DNA of 62,958 nucleotides, filler included, from Octopus bimaculoides (taxonomy: Eukaryota), in the NCBI RefSeq assembly GCF_001194135.2. It is 3 parts of 3 records of this genome, joined end to end, with 100 filler letters (N's around TTAATTAATTAA, not from the genome) between each part and the next. Parts side by side here need not be neighbours in the genome. Positions count along the whole stretch, not along the records: positions 1 to 31,145 come from NC_068983.1; positions 31,246 to 59,330 come from NC_068987.1; 1 more part is not named here. One strand, written 5' to 3'. The notes under the pieces were generated by a model, which worked only from the letters and a program-made list of their open reading frames with translations, made no database searches and had not been told where the DNA came from. Shown one piece after another: positions 27,101 through 40,154 of this stretch. The position numbers were made by a program, and so were the translations under genes. The number at the start of each line of letters is the position of its first letter. Within the stretch, counting starts at the first letter, position 1.

Positions 27101-30100
27101 GCGGAAATGCACCCATATTTGCTGCCAGCTTTGCAATCATCTCTTCTCTGTATAGATTAGGAGTTTAATACTACGACTGATCATAATACAACATTTGTAG
27201 AGATAAATTTGTTGCAAATTTTCTCCTACGTCAGAGGTCTCTTTGCTCTCTGCGTTTATTGATATTTAGTGAAATATTAACCTCCACACTAAATAGTCTT
27301 TCAAACATGTCTCGCTGCGAAGCTCACAGCAAATTTGTCTATCTATATATCAATTACGTCTCTTTATCAGTGGTCATTCACTCGAAATATCTTTCACTCC
27401 CGCATTTCTTGAGTTTTCTCTTTGACATGCAAACTGTCAAATCGAGATTTCATTTCTCTCTTTTATGCCTATTTCTACATATCCATGCTTTAATTCTTCT
27501 CCAAAAATATTCTTTCCTAAGATAATGACCTCACTCTTTGCAAGATTCCAAAACAGACTCCTCAAGACTGACCTTTCTGTTCAGAGCCACTTCCACCATA
27601 GCCTTCAAAGAAAAATAAAATTAAAAAGAAAATAAAAGAAAAAGAAAATTAACAACTACTAAACCTATACAAACATCAGGAGAAACCCAAAATACTATTT
27701 TGTTCACATGTCTGAAAAAGTGTTCCTGCCACAGAAACTGACATCTCTAGTGGTGAGCAAACTATTTTTCTTTGCCAATGGAATATTTAACATATAAATG
27801 ATGTATAACAAAAATTAGGCTCACATGGTAACAGACAGCTTAATTTATATATTTGAGGCTTTGACGGATCCATATAGTTCGTTCATGTAGAACACAACTT
27901 TAAGAAGGATGACTAATATAAATCTAAATGATACAAAGCCTGGTTCCTAGAGATATGAAACATGTCTTATACGTCTCTGTATTTTTCATGTACCTGCTAA
28001 CAGAATAGTAATATATGATTTTCATGTTGTAATGGGTTACAGAGTGAACTTTCTATGAACTGTGCAAGTGTAAATTAATTGTATATAAATACAATAAACA
28101 GTTGTAAACAACTGTTTTCTGACCCTGTACAACAGCATAAATTGACCTTCTATAAAAGTCAATCTTTACTGATATGCCATTAATAACTAACAATTTGTCC
28201 ATATCCATATTACTTTATTCTGGAAGTGAAATTAGAAACTAGCCGCTAGTCGGAAATGAATGAACAGGTTGGAGAGGCTATTAATCCCTTCCCCAATCAG
28301 TTATCACTAAAGATGTGGGCCTGTATTGAAGATGGCGTTCAAATCTCCACTAGTACGGGAGATTTACTGGACTGGCTCTTGACGCCTGAAGAAATCCACC
28401 ACCCTGTCGCAGTAGGTGCATACACACACACACACACANNNNNNNNNNNNNNNNNNNNNNNNNNNNNNNNNNNNNNNNNNNNNNATATAAATATAAATAC
28501 GTAAGTAATATTATTGTAATAAACAGTAATAATGAAGAGGCTAGCAAGACTTCTACCTATACAGGTATAATATACAAAAATTGAAGAAAAGAAGGGTTAA
28601 AATACCGCTTGCTAAAAATCAAAGCAACAGCTTAAAAAACTCACCAATCTTACGAGCAACGCAATTAACATTTTAAAAATAGGTCTACCTTCAGATCGGT
28701 ATACGAAAATAGAACATACATCTCGCAATATCAATTCATTTCATGCTTTGCATTTAAAAAGAAACTACCGTAGACAACAATGTAGCAAGAAAAGAAGGTT
28801 GTATATTTATCGTAAGACTAGTGGGTTTTTTTGAAGCTGTCGCTTTGATATTTAGCAAGCGGTTTTTTTTACCCTTCTTTTCCTCAATTATTGTATATTA
28901 TTCCTGTATAGGTAGAAATCTTGCTACCCACCTCATTATTACTGTTTCGTACAGTAATAATACATCACATATTTACATTTTTATTATTGTTTACGATAGT
29001 GTTTTTTTAAACGGAGCGGGACCTTTAAAGTTAGAATCGTGTACGAGTTGACGTAGTGAATATTTCAGGAATAGATGATTGCATAGCATGTTTTATATAT
29101 GTATATACATAATTCGGTATTTTGAAGTAACCAAGTCTTACAGCCGTTGGCGGCATTGCAACTTCCGGTATCTCTATGCTGGAGATAATATCCCTTTGTG
29201 GAAGTTTGAGAAAAAAGGGCAGGCAACGTATCCTTCTTCGTGGGGTACAAAACCTAAAGCAGAAGCTATCGTCTGATGGACACATATCTCAATGCTTTCA
29301 ACAGAGAATCATCAAAAGCTTAGCTTGTGTTGCTAAAGCTTGATTTACATGAAAACAGCATCCCTAGAGTTGGAAGGAACCCACCACATACGATTCACAT
29401 GTGCATAGGTTGGAAGAAATTCTGTTTCATCCAATCCCTTTTGGGTATGCTGCGCAGTGGATTCAAACACGCAAAAATCTAACTCATTAACTTGCACTAT
29501 CCCCAAGCATCTTGGTACATATTGACCATTATATGTTGGCTTACATATAATTCCTATGTTCCTTAACGGTATAAGAGAATGTTGCTCAAATCATGCATTT
29601 GCCATTTCGTTTGAAATGGATTCGAGAAATATTGCGCAAAATGAAAATATTTTTATACGCATTCGAAATCTATAATTAACGCAGCATATTCTAGCTGCTC
29701 AGATAGCTAAATATTTATTGATATTGTTCGATTTATATTTAAAACAAATATTTGTTTTCCATTTAAAATAATTATAGCAAAAATATGCTGAATGTGAAAC
29801 GGCATCAGAAAAGACATATATAATAATATATAAAACATTTATTGAGTATACTTTTCAAAATATTACAAATACATTTATTTGTTTTAAGGGAAATTGACAG
29901 ACATAATCTTAGGAGGGATTTGTAAGCATCAATTTAAATAATATAAATAACTACATTATTGATTATAGCTATATTATTATTTTCCCTTTATATATGACAC
30001 TGTTTGAAAATCATTATTGAACATTTTGCAAATTTATGATCTAATTCGTAATAACTGTATCGCTTTGAGATACTCATGAATGATATTTATGATGTAGTGA

Positions 30101-31145
30101 ATAGTCATCTGAGCTTTCATTGTTTGACTTTAGAACCAGATTTGTAAATATGCAATTGCATCGGACAGACTAATGTGAACATATTCAAAAGCCTCTAATA
30201 ATTGTTGAAATTTAATAGTAGGCATTTTGGTTTCTTCTTAAAGTACATTGTTGTAAGCTATATTAGATTACTGTGCTTCCTTTTAATTAAGCTACGAACT
30301 GTTTCGACGCAGTTTGAAAGTGTTACACTGAGAATCAAACCATTTGCCACAACTAGAAATTGCATACAATTAAGGTGAACATCTTTTAACTAGATTACAG
30401 TATTAAATTTTAAAATCTGTGGATATTAAGAAATTTCAGAATCATAATATAAGGATAACAGCAATTCATCTTTAATTCATAAAACACAACTGTCTCACTT
30501 AAGAATTCGTGAACAGAAGCGGTGTGAGTAAATATATAAAAGTTTACACCTAATCTGTGGACATGATGGTAAATTAAGTATCAAGGTTTAGAAGGCTACC
30601 CTCTAAAATTAACACGTAACAGAACATGGGGAAAATATATGAAGTAGCAATAGTCCTGTGACAACTGGTCATTATGTCATAAGCAGTTAATATAGAAGAT
30701 GTGAATGCTTCCAAATGTGTTTCTACTGAAGCGGTAATTAGACATTAGTAAATTAATAATTTTGTGAAATAAATCATTTTACTTACGCCTAATCACTGCC
30801 TGGCACTGATACTGCTAATTTACCCGGACCGGTCGGCGTAATAGCGCAACATAGTTCATGTTGTTTACTATGTTAAAGCCACGGCTTTAAATCTGCTCAG
30901 ACATAACTTTCTTCGGTATGATTAAGGAGAGTCAAAATGCCAGAAATGCTGCGTCCGGAAATCTGATTGCGGGTAGCATTAGGCAGATATGGTATTTTTA
31001 CAACTTTTATCATACACGAATATTTTGTTTATCTGCAGTGAATCAGCCTTTAGGAGATGAAATATATCAAAAATTATTTTGAGTAACCTAAAGTTTGCTT
31101 ATGCTTAATCATTGCTTGTCTATGTTACTGCTCATGTGTGTATAT

Positions 31146-31245
31146 NNNNNNNNNNNNNNNNNNNNNNNNNNNNNNNNNNNNNNNNNNNNTTAATTAATTA
31201 ANNNNNNNNNNNNNNNNNNNNNNNNNNNNNNNNNNNNNNNNNNNN
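31146..31245. other. Artificial scaffold linker 44N-TTAATTAATTAA-44N
   Basis: Exactly 100 bp; the 12-mer places stops in all six frames; identical construct at 59331-59430. Confidence 0.95.
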
Positions 31246-31316
31246 ATACCTTTGTCTGTCCTTGTTTGTCCCCTCTATGTTTAGCCCCTTGTGGGCAATG
31301 AAGAAATAAGAAAAAC
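31246..31316 (+). mobile_element. SINE family A tail A fragment
   Basis: TTTGTCTGTCCTTGTTTGTCCCCTCTATGTTTAGCCCCTTGTGGGCAATGAAGAAATAAG. Confidence 0.85.
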
Positions 31317-31584
31317 AAAGACAACTTGAGAATAGGGGATTCTCTTAAAATCTTTTGATCCCCACTCACTTCAATATTCAAAATACAAGGCGGTGCTCCA
31401 GCATGGCCGCAGTCTAATGACTGAAACAAGCAAAAGATAAAAGAATATATCATAGCTAATCAAGGATAACAACGACAGAGAAACGTCCGGCCTGCTGGTA
31501 CATGAAGTCCCTGGGTGGGACAAGGGACAACTGCTATAAAACTATGCAACAACATCGGAAACAGTAGCAAGAAACACAACGACA

Positions 31585-31754
<170 letters not shown>

Positions 31755-32147
31755 AATAAGGTTATCAATAACAACTGCAGCATGTGCAACTAACTGCTGA
31801 CTGCAACTGAAATCAAAGAAGCCGAAACAGATACCGAAATAAAACATTTATCGAAGACATAGGATGGTTAATATTTAGATTTTAGTAATTTAACCGAGCC
31901 AATGTTAAACAGTCCTATAAATATATTTTGTATCAAACGTTCCAATATTGATAAACGTGGCCACTTAACGCGCAGAAAAAAAACACAAAAAATATTTTGT
32001 TTTATATTGTTTTTGGTACTTCACATGAAATAGAAAGGCATAATTTGATTGGAATCATAAAGGCTATAGTTTTTTTTTAAACGAGCGTTTTTATCATAAA
32101 TATTTATGTTCATTTCTGTGTTAGTGTTATACTCATTTTCATTATAA

Positions 32148-32580
32148 GACGGCGAGCTGGCACAAACGTTAGCACGCCGGGCGAAATGCTTAGTGGTAAT
32201 TCGTCTGCCAGTGCGTTCTGAGTTCAAATTCCGACGAGGTCGACTTTGCCTTTCATCCTTTCAGGATCGATAAATTAAGTACCAGTTGCATACTGCGATC
32301 GACCTAATTGACTTAATCTTTTGTCTGTCCTTGTTCGTCCCCTCTATGTTTAGCCCCTTGTGGGCAATAGAAAAATAAGAAACGTAGGCACGCCGGGCGA
32401 AATGCTTAGCAGTATTTCGTCTCCCGCTACGTTCCGAGTTCAAATTCCGCCGAGGTCGACTTTGCCTTTCATCCTTTCGGGGTCAATCAATTAAGTACCA
32501 GTTGCGTACTGGGGCCGATCTAATCGACTGGAACCCCTCTCCAAAAATTCCGGACCTTGTGCCTAGAGTAGAAAAGAATA
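32148..32580 (+). mobile_element. SINE family A head-to-tail dimer (tail A unit + tail B unit)
   Basis: Unit 1 has a full tRNA head (GGCGAGCTGGCA..GAGTTCAAATTCC), core GCCTTTCATCCTTTC(A/G)GG.TC and tail A. Unit 2 starts at AACGT (32381) and ends with tail B ..GTGCCTAGAGTAGAAAAGAATA. Confidence 0.92.
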
Positions 32581-33578
32581 ATTTTTATTATATTTTGTGA
32601 AGGAATTCTTGAAAATAAATCCGGAAAATGTAGGCGTTGGCATGGATGTTTGAATAAGAAGCTCGCTTTGCAACCACGTAGTCTCGGGTTCAGTTNNNNN
32701 NNNNNNNNNNNNNNNNNNNNNNNNNNNNNNNNNNNNNNNNNNNNNNNNNNNNNNNNNNNNNNNNNNNNNNNNNNNNNNNNNNNNNNNNNNNNNNNNNNNN
32801 NNNNNNNNNNNNNNNNNNNNNNNNNNNNNNNNNNNNNNNNNNNNNNNNNNNNNNNNNNNNNNNNNNNNNNNNNNNNNNNNNNNNNNNNNNNNNNNNNNNN
32901 NNNNNNNNNNNNNNNNNNNNNNNNNNNNNNNNNNNNNNNNNNNNNNNNNNNNNNNNNNNNNNNNNNNNNNNNNNNNNNNNNNNNNNNNNNNNNNNNNNNN
33001 NNNNNNNNNNNNNNNNNNNNNNNNNNNNNNNNNNNNNNNNNNNNNNNNNNNNNNNNNNNNNNNNNNNNNNNNNNNNNNNNNNNNNNNNNNNNNNNNNNNN
33101 NNNNNNNNNNNNNNNNNNNNNNNNNNNNNNNNNNNNNNNNNNNNNNNNNNNNNNNNNNNNNNNNNNNNNNNNNNNNNNNNNNNNNNNNNNNNNNNNNNNN
33201 NNNNNNNNNNNNNNNNNNNNNNNNNNNNNNNNNNNNNNNNNNNNNNNNNNNNNNNNNNNNNNNNNNNNNNNNNNNNNNNNNNNNNNNNNNNNNNNNNNNN
33301 NNNNNNNNNNNNNNNNNNNNNNNNNNNNNNNNNNNNNNNNNNNNNNNNNNNNNNNNNNNNNNNNNNNNNNNNNNNNNNNNNNNNNNNNNNNNNNNNNNNN
33401 NNNNNNNNNNNNNNNNNNNNNNNNNNNNNNNNNNNNNNNNNNNNNNNNNNNNNNNNNNNNNNNNNNNNNNNNNNNNNNNNNNNNNNNNNNNNNNNNNNNN
33501 NNNNNNNNNNNNNNNNNNNNNNNNNNNNNNNNNNNNNNNNNNNNNNNNNNNNNNNNNNNNNNNNNNNNNNNNNNNNNN

Positions 33579-33613
<35 letters not shown>

Positions 33614-34186
33614 TATATAAAAACAATAAAAAATAACGAAAAGAATAACGCACCAGGAATTTTTCTCTTTTTCTTTTCACTTTTACAAAGATATAATGTT
33701 CTTCATTAACAACATTATTGAAGATTTGAAAGTCAAAAAGAAAACATCAACCAAACACACATCGGGTTATTTTAGGCGTTCCGATAAGCGCCATTAATCT
33801 TGTCTAATCAACAATCAAAAGGATGCGACGTGTATATTTATGTTGTTGTTGTTGTTGTTGTTGTTATAGCAACTATGCTCAGTCATTTGCATATTTTAAC
33901 ATCAGAGTGTTGATAAAGAAATTGCTGAGAAAAAAGCCAGGAAGAACTGTGTGTGTGTGTGACTGTGTGTGTGTTTGGGACTATAGACGATAAGGTTGAT
34001 GAGAGGTTGAGAGAGGAAAAAAGTTGAAAGTGCTTCCGTGAATGTTGTACGAGACCAACCAGTTTTAAAGAGGCGATGGCACTGGAATGGTGATAGAAAA
34101 AAACAAAAAAAAAAACAAAAAAAACAGAGTAAGATGACAGCAGGTCTGGTCTGTAGACGGGAATTTGGTATTTTAAGATATTCCAG

Positions 34187-34541
34187 CTTTTATCTTGTAT
34201 CTTTTAACTTTTGCTTGTTCCAGTCATTAGACTGCGGCCATGCTGGGGTACTGCATTTAAGAATTTATAGTCGAACGAATCTCAGTACATTTTTTAAAGC
34301 CTGCCATCTACCCTATCGGTTCCTTTTACCGAACTGCTAAGTTACGGGGACATAAACACATCAACACTGTTTGTCAAGTGGTGTGGGATAAACACAAACG
34401 CCAAGACACACATACTCACTCACTCACACGGGTATACGACGGGATTCTTTGCAGTTTCCGTCTATCCAATCCACTCACAAGCCTTTGTGAGAAGACCCGG
34501 GTGCCACGTAGTGGAACTGAACCCGGAACGATGTGGTTGGG
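34187..34541 (-). mobile_element. SINE family B (near full length)
   Basis: Tail CAGTCATTAGACTGCGGCCATGCTGGGG, body, (CA) spacer, and head GTGCCACG.AGTGG.ACTGAACCCGGAAC.ATGTGGTTGG. Confidence 0.85.
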
Positions 34542-34676
34542 GTTAGGGTTACGTCAGTTGTTAAAAGATAGAAATTGAAGTGGTTTGATCATGTAAGAAC
34601 GACACCTTGATGAAATTTAATGTGGTCGTACGACCTGCTAGAAATGACAGCTAAATTATCAGTATCGTCCATACTA

Positions 34677-34757
34677 GCAGCAGCAGCAGCAGCAGCTTCA
34701 CCACCACTACCACCACCACCACCATCATCATCACCACCACCACCACCACCACCACCA
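34677..34757. repeat. (CAG)n/(CAC)n triplet repeat running into a gap
   Basis: Read directly. Confidence 0.9.
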
Positions 34758-35736
34758 NNNNNNNNNNNNNNNNNNNNNNNNNNNNNNNNNNNNNNNNNNN
34801 NNNNNNNNNNNNNNNNNNNNNNNNNNNNNNNNNNNNNNNNNNNNNNNNNNNNNNNNNNNNNNNNNNNNNNNNNNNNNNNNNNNNNNNNNNNNNNNNNNNN
34901 NNNNNNNNNNNNNNNNNNNNNNNNNNNNNNNNNNNNNNNNNNNNNNNNNNNNNNNNNNNNNNNNNNNNNNNNNNNNNNNNNNNNNNNNNNNNNNNNNNNN
35001 NNNNNNNNNNNNNNNNNNNNNNNNNNNNNNNNNNNNNNNNNNNNNNNNNNNNNNNNNNNNNNNNNNNNNNNNNNNNNNNNNNNNNNNNNNNNNNNNNNNN
35101 NNNNNNNNNNNNNNNNNNNNNNNNNNNNNNNNNNNNNNNNNNNNNNNNNNNNNNNNNNNNNNNNNNNNNNNNNNNNNNNNNNNNNNNNNNNNNNNNNNNN
35201 NNNNNNNNNNNNNNNNNNNNNNNNNNNNNNNNNNNNNNNNNNNNNNNNNNNNNNNNNNNNNNNNNNNNNNNNNNNNNNNNNNNNNNNNNNNNNNNNNNNN
35301 NNNNNNNNNNNNNNNNNNNNNNNNNNNNNNNNNNNNNNNNNNNNNNNNNNNNNNNNNNNNNNNNNNNNNNNNNNNNNNNNNNNNNNNNNNNNNNNNNNNN
35401 NNNNNNNNNNNNNNNNNNNNNNNNNNNNNNNNNNNNNNNNNNNNNNNNNNNNNNNNNNNNNNNNNNNNNNNNNNNNNNNNNNNNNNNNNNNNNNNNNNNN
35501 NNNNNNNNNNNNNNNNNNNNNNNNNNNNNNNNNNNNNNNNNNNNNNNNNNNNNNNNNNNNNNNNNNNNNNNNNNNNNNNNNNNNNNNNNNNNNNNNNNNN
35601 NNNNNNNNNNNNNNNNNNNNNNNNNNNNNNNNNNNNNNNNNNNNNNNNNNNNNNNNNNNNNNNNNNNNNNNNNNNNNNNNNNNNNNNNNNNNNNNNNNNN
35701 NNNNNNNNNNNNNNNNNNNNNNNNNNNNNNNNNNNN

Positions 35737-35930
35737 TGTGTGTGTGTGTGTGTGTGTGTGTATGTATACGCTGGTGTGTTTACGTCCCTGTAGCCCAGCG
35801 GTTCGGCCTAAGAGACCGACAGAATTAGTACTAGGCTTACAAAGAATAAGTACTGGGATCGATTTGCTCGAGTAAAGGCGGTGCTCCAGCATGGCTGCAG
35901 TCAAATAACTGAAACAAGTAAAAGAATAAA
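35737..35930 (+). mobile_element. SINE family B 3' half
   Basis: (TG)n then GGTGTGTTTACGTCCC..CGGTTCGGC..GAGACCGA..GGCGGTGCTCCAGCATGGCTGCAGTC..GAAACAAGTAAAAGA. Confidence 0.85.
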
Positions 35931-37538
35931 ATAATGCATACGTGCATACACATATATACGTATTTAAGTATACATATATATATATATATATAACACGTAA
36001 ATGTCGAACGACGGAAATGAGTGCTGAACACCGCATTAGTGGATATAATTTCTTTATTTGTAAATTAAAGCTACCATTGGTTTCATGTAAAAAAAAGTGG
36101 GAAAATATCGTAGGTGTCTTAACAATTTTCCCAGTCGATCACATGGAGAAATGTGTTCGCCTCCATTTTGTAAAAATGGATGCGAGCACCTTTCTCCATG
36201 CTAGAAAAATTAAGTCACTAGCATATTTTCCTACTTTTCTTAACATGAAACCAAATATAGTCTTCATTCATATATCACACACACACACACGTACGTACAT
36301 ATAAATGTATAAATATATATACGTATGCATACACATATGCATACACACAATTCTTGCATTGGAAATTGACATGAAGAAAATAGAAAATGCCATCAGAGAT
36401 TCTTACTGAGGTGAAGCAAATATATTATACATGATGGTGGTTCTCGGTAAAATACTTCTATATTTTGTGAACTCGAAATAACAAGAAACAATGTTAGCGT
36501 GTTGAAAAAGAAAACTTGTTATAAATATATTTTGCGGTAAATAGATATTTCATAAGTATGTTCTCAAGGTGCCATTCAGGTCAAATGAATAGTTGTTAAA
36601 ACACATTTTAAATTTAATTTATCTTGTAGAATGAAACGAAAAAAAAAAATTAAGTAAAACAAAAACGTTTTCTTACTGTGTAAAATTATAAAAAACTCGG
36701 GTAAGAAAAAACTCGAGCTTTTAATTTTTTTTTTCGTTTATAATTCATTTTCTACACAACTTAAAAATTAAAAAAATATATTTCAAGGAAAGTTATCATA
36801 GAAGATCAATCATTTATGATTTAAACATAAAATATATTTGATTATACTTGAATATAATTTTATATTGTGTCACAAAAGAATACACTTTTAGCTGTCTCTC
36901 TGTTCACTCGAAGATATGAAAACGCTATAAAATATTATCTTTCCGATGCATATTCTTCTCTAGAATCAACGTTTTATTGAAGAAACAACAACAAGAACAA
37001 GAACAAAAGAAAAAAAACGATAACAACAACAACAAAAGTAAAACCAAAATACAAGAGAGTCATTTGAGAACGAAGAACCACTAATAAAATCAAGCATTGA
37101 AAATACTCATTATTCAGTATTACCATTAAAATCTAGAAACATATTCTTTGATTTTGAATATTTCTTTATTTCAATGGGAGAAATCAATAAAGCGGCACCA
37201 AATTGGCGGAATATATGCTTTTAGTATTGGGTTGTCAGATAAATTCGTTCGGATTCTTTTCTACCCTGCACTCCATCATCATGTGTCTGAAAAAAAGGTA
37301 AGTTTAATTCAAATTTCAAAAGTTGTAGAAGTGGGTTATAAAAAGTAAAAAACAACAGAAAACAAAACCCGCAACACTACCATTTTTATGGTAGTGTGTT
37401 ATGGGTTTTCATCTTATTACAAATAACATTGGAAAGAATTAAAATCAAGGCGGAGGCGGTAGGGAACGAACGAATTTATCTAAGAGATTACTGTTTAGTT
37501 TCCATTCCTGCTTGTTCAAATTTCAAATCCCGAAAGCG

Positions 37539-37569
37539 ACAACTGTAAACCTACTTTTGGGCTACCCTG
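37539..37569. mobile_element. Orphan right TIR of the same MITE family as 37592-37803
   Basis: ACAACTGTAAACCTACTTTTGGGCTACCCTG followed by TA. Confidence 0.7.
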
Positions 37570-37591
37570 TATGTATGTACATATGTGTGTA

Positions 37592-37803
37592 CAAGGTGAC
37601 CCAAAACCAGGTTTACAGTTATTCAGCTATCTCTTTGGCATCCATATATTAACCGTTTAGATCTTAATTATAAAAAAATATGAAACCATTATTTTATGCT
37701 AATTTAGTTAATTGTAAGATAGAAATTTAAATGTAATAAAACATCTTAAAAGAAATTTAAAGTGCCTACGCGATAACTGTAAACCTACTTTTGGGCCACC
37801 CTG
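37592..37803. mobile_element. Tc1/mariner-type MITE, 31-bp TIRs, TA TSD
   Basis: Left TIR CAAGGTGACCCAAAACCAGGTTTACAGTTAT versus reverse complement of right TIR CAGGGTGGCCCAAAAGTAGGTTTACAGTTAT (27/31); TA on both sides. Confidence 0.88.
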
Positions 37804-38454
37804 TATTATCCTGTGTGATATGAGGGAGATTCGGTTGCTCTCTTTAGCAGATCGGACGATCAGTATTAATTCTAAGTGCAGCTCATTGTATGGTTAGTAA
37901 AAACATAACGAAATGTTTGTTTTGTTCTGGAGTGGAACTGTACACTTATATTCAAAGTCTCGAACCTGAGTCACTCAACTCTTCCCACACTCTTTAAATA
38001 AAACTAACCTACGTATGAAACTTTAGAATCGTATAATTCCTCACTCGACTCTCAGAAATTTAAGAGTCAACGACTAATTAAGAAATTTATAGCTTCTTTC
38101 AAACTTCCTATCTCTTTGTAGATTATTGTTGGTCCTACTTTGATAAACCCTTGAAAATCGTGCTCCAGCATGACCGCAGTTCAATGAAAGAAGTCAAACA
38201 CAAAAGATAGTCATGTTATATGATATTGGTGTATTGATGATTGAATCGAACTACGGCTATTTCATCTTGTTGCATCAAGCATCGCAAAGGCTAAGTCTAA
38301 AATTTGTAATCTGTTATGCGCTTGAGTCGATTACATTGTTTGTATATTTCACCTTAAAAATAAAACAATGTCTACATTATTGAAATAATTTCACATTCTT
38401 CAACCGAACTATCTAACCTCCAGCTTCCTTGAAGTCTTTTAAGATTAAAACGTA

Positions 38455-38890
38455 ACGTGTGTGTGTGTGTGCGTGTGTGTGCGTGCGTGTGTGTGTGTGT
38501 GCATACACAGACACACACATATATATATACACATACATACACATATATCTATCTATCTATCTATATATATATATATATACATATATGTAGATATATGTAT
38601 ACATGTGTATATATAATTATGCATGTATATTTAACATATATAAATATATTAGATATACATGTATACAGATATACATGCATATACATGTTCATATACATAC
38701 ACACACACATATATATGAATATATATATATATATGTATACAATTATATGTATATAATTATACACACACACACACATATATATATATAATTATATATATAT
38801 ATATATACATACATACATATATATATATAATACACATATGTATATATGTGTGCATATATTTATACATATGTATATGTATATAAATACATA
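38455..38890. repeat. Degenerate (TG)/(CA)/(TA) microsatellite field
   Basis: Read directly. Confidence 0.95.
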
Positions 38891-39323
38891 TATCATGTTG
38901 TTTCTTAGTGTTTTTGATATCAAAAATATATTACATTTAACATCAACATTGATTTATATTCGGATTTGCACCCCAAACTTTGTTTTGGTCTGAGCTTTTC
39001 TCCAGCCATCGACAGATGCAAAGATTCACGATGTGTTAACACTATTGAGAGAATTTCGACGCTATCAACGAAAGATTTGCTCTTTATAAAGATTGAATAT
39101 ATTGACTGATATCAGTACAAAAATCAATACACAATTTGAAAAGTGTTCATTGCTGAAAAGATCAGATCTTTGTAGTAAATTCTTCAGTTTTATGAGATTC
39201 CTATTAAAACATTTGGACGGCAATGAAGCCTGACAACTTTAGCGTAGAAACGAGAAATTTCGCTGGCCATGATTTAACAGAGACCATTTCTAACGCAGGA
39301 AATTAAGAAGAAAAAAAAACGAT

Positions 39324-39629
39324 ATCTTTTTTTTTATCGTTTATTTCTTTCAGTCATTCGACTGTGGCTATGCTGGGGCACTAGCTTGGTGGGTACGGTT
39401 GGCGGGTACGGTTGGAGGGTACGGTTAGAGGGTACGGTTAGAGGGTACGGTTGGAGGGTACGGTTGGACGGTACAGCTGTTCTAATTTGTAAGTCTGGTG
39501 TTTATTCTGTCGGTCTCTTGCCGAGCCGCTAAGTTACGGATACGTAAAGAAACCAACTGCGGTTTTGAAGCGGTGGAGGACAAACACAAAGATGTATATA
39601 GTTGACACCCCCACACATATACATACGTA

Positions 39630-39663
<34 letters not shown>
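39324..39663 (-). mobile_element. SINE family B 3' half with internal 13-bp minisatellite
   Basis: CAGTCATTCGACTGTGGCTATGCTGGGGCAC..TCGGTCTCTTGCCGAGCCGCTAAGTTACGG..GGACAAACACAAAG. Confidence 0.8.
39391..39474. repeat. G-rich 13-bp minisatellite GGGTACGGTT(G/A)GA x6
   Basis: Six full units plus a partial, read directly. Confidence 0.95.
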
Positions 39664-39667
<4 letters not shown>

Positions 39668-40044
39668 GATATATGTATACTTATATAATGTAAAGGAATA
39701 AGGATTTGGAATCCGAGTACGTATTCTATTAGTACTCTGGTATATTAAAGATTCTGCTTAACCACATCGAATGATAGGGAACACACAAAACTGCTTAAAT
39801 TAAAATAATTACACGGTACTTCACTCGACAGGGAAAACCTGAGTTTGCTGCCTTAGATTTTATGCAGCATACAACAAAGTGTACATTTAAGACATTATAA
39901 AAAAGAATGGAGACTTATACATCTTTAGATCTTATTTATTACAGTATTACTCACATGACATTCACGTTAAACCTCAGCCCGACACGTGTTTCTGCTGCAT
40001 AAGAGTCCTAATGTCTCTTGATGTAGCATTTATGNNNNNNNNNN

Positions 40045-40093
<49 letters not shown>

Positions 40094-40154
40094 ATGTATG
40101 TATATATTCATCCAGGGTAGCCATATCTATGCAGCTTTATTCAAGGCTGTACCT

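Noticed and set aside
30918-30990. NARNAASGNLIAGSIRQ resembling the NAD-dependent ligase NPRNAAAGSLRQ motif
   Set aside because: 54-aa ORF, the motif needs an insertion, and no other ligase motifs are nearby; chance match.
34540-34552. GGGTTAGGGTTA telomere-like motif
   Set aside because: Only two units at a SINE boundary; not an interstitial telomeric array.
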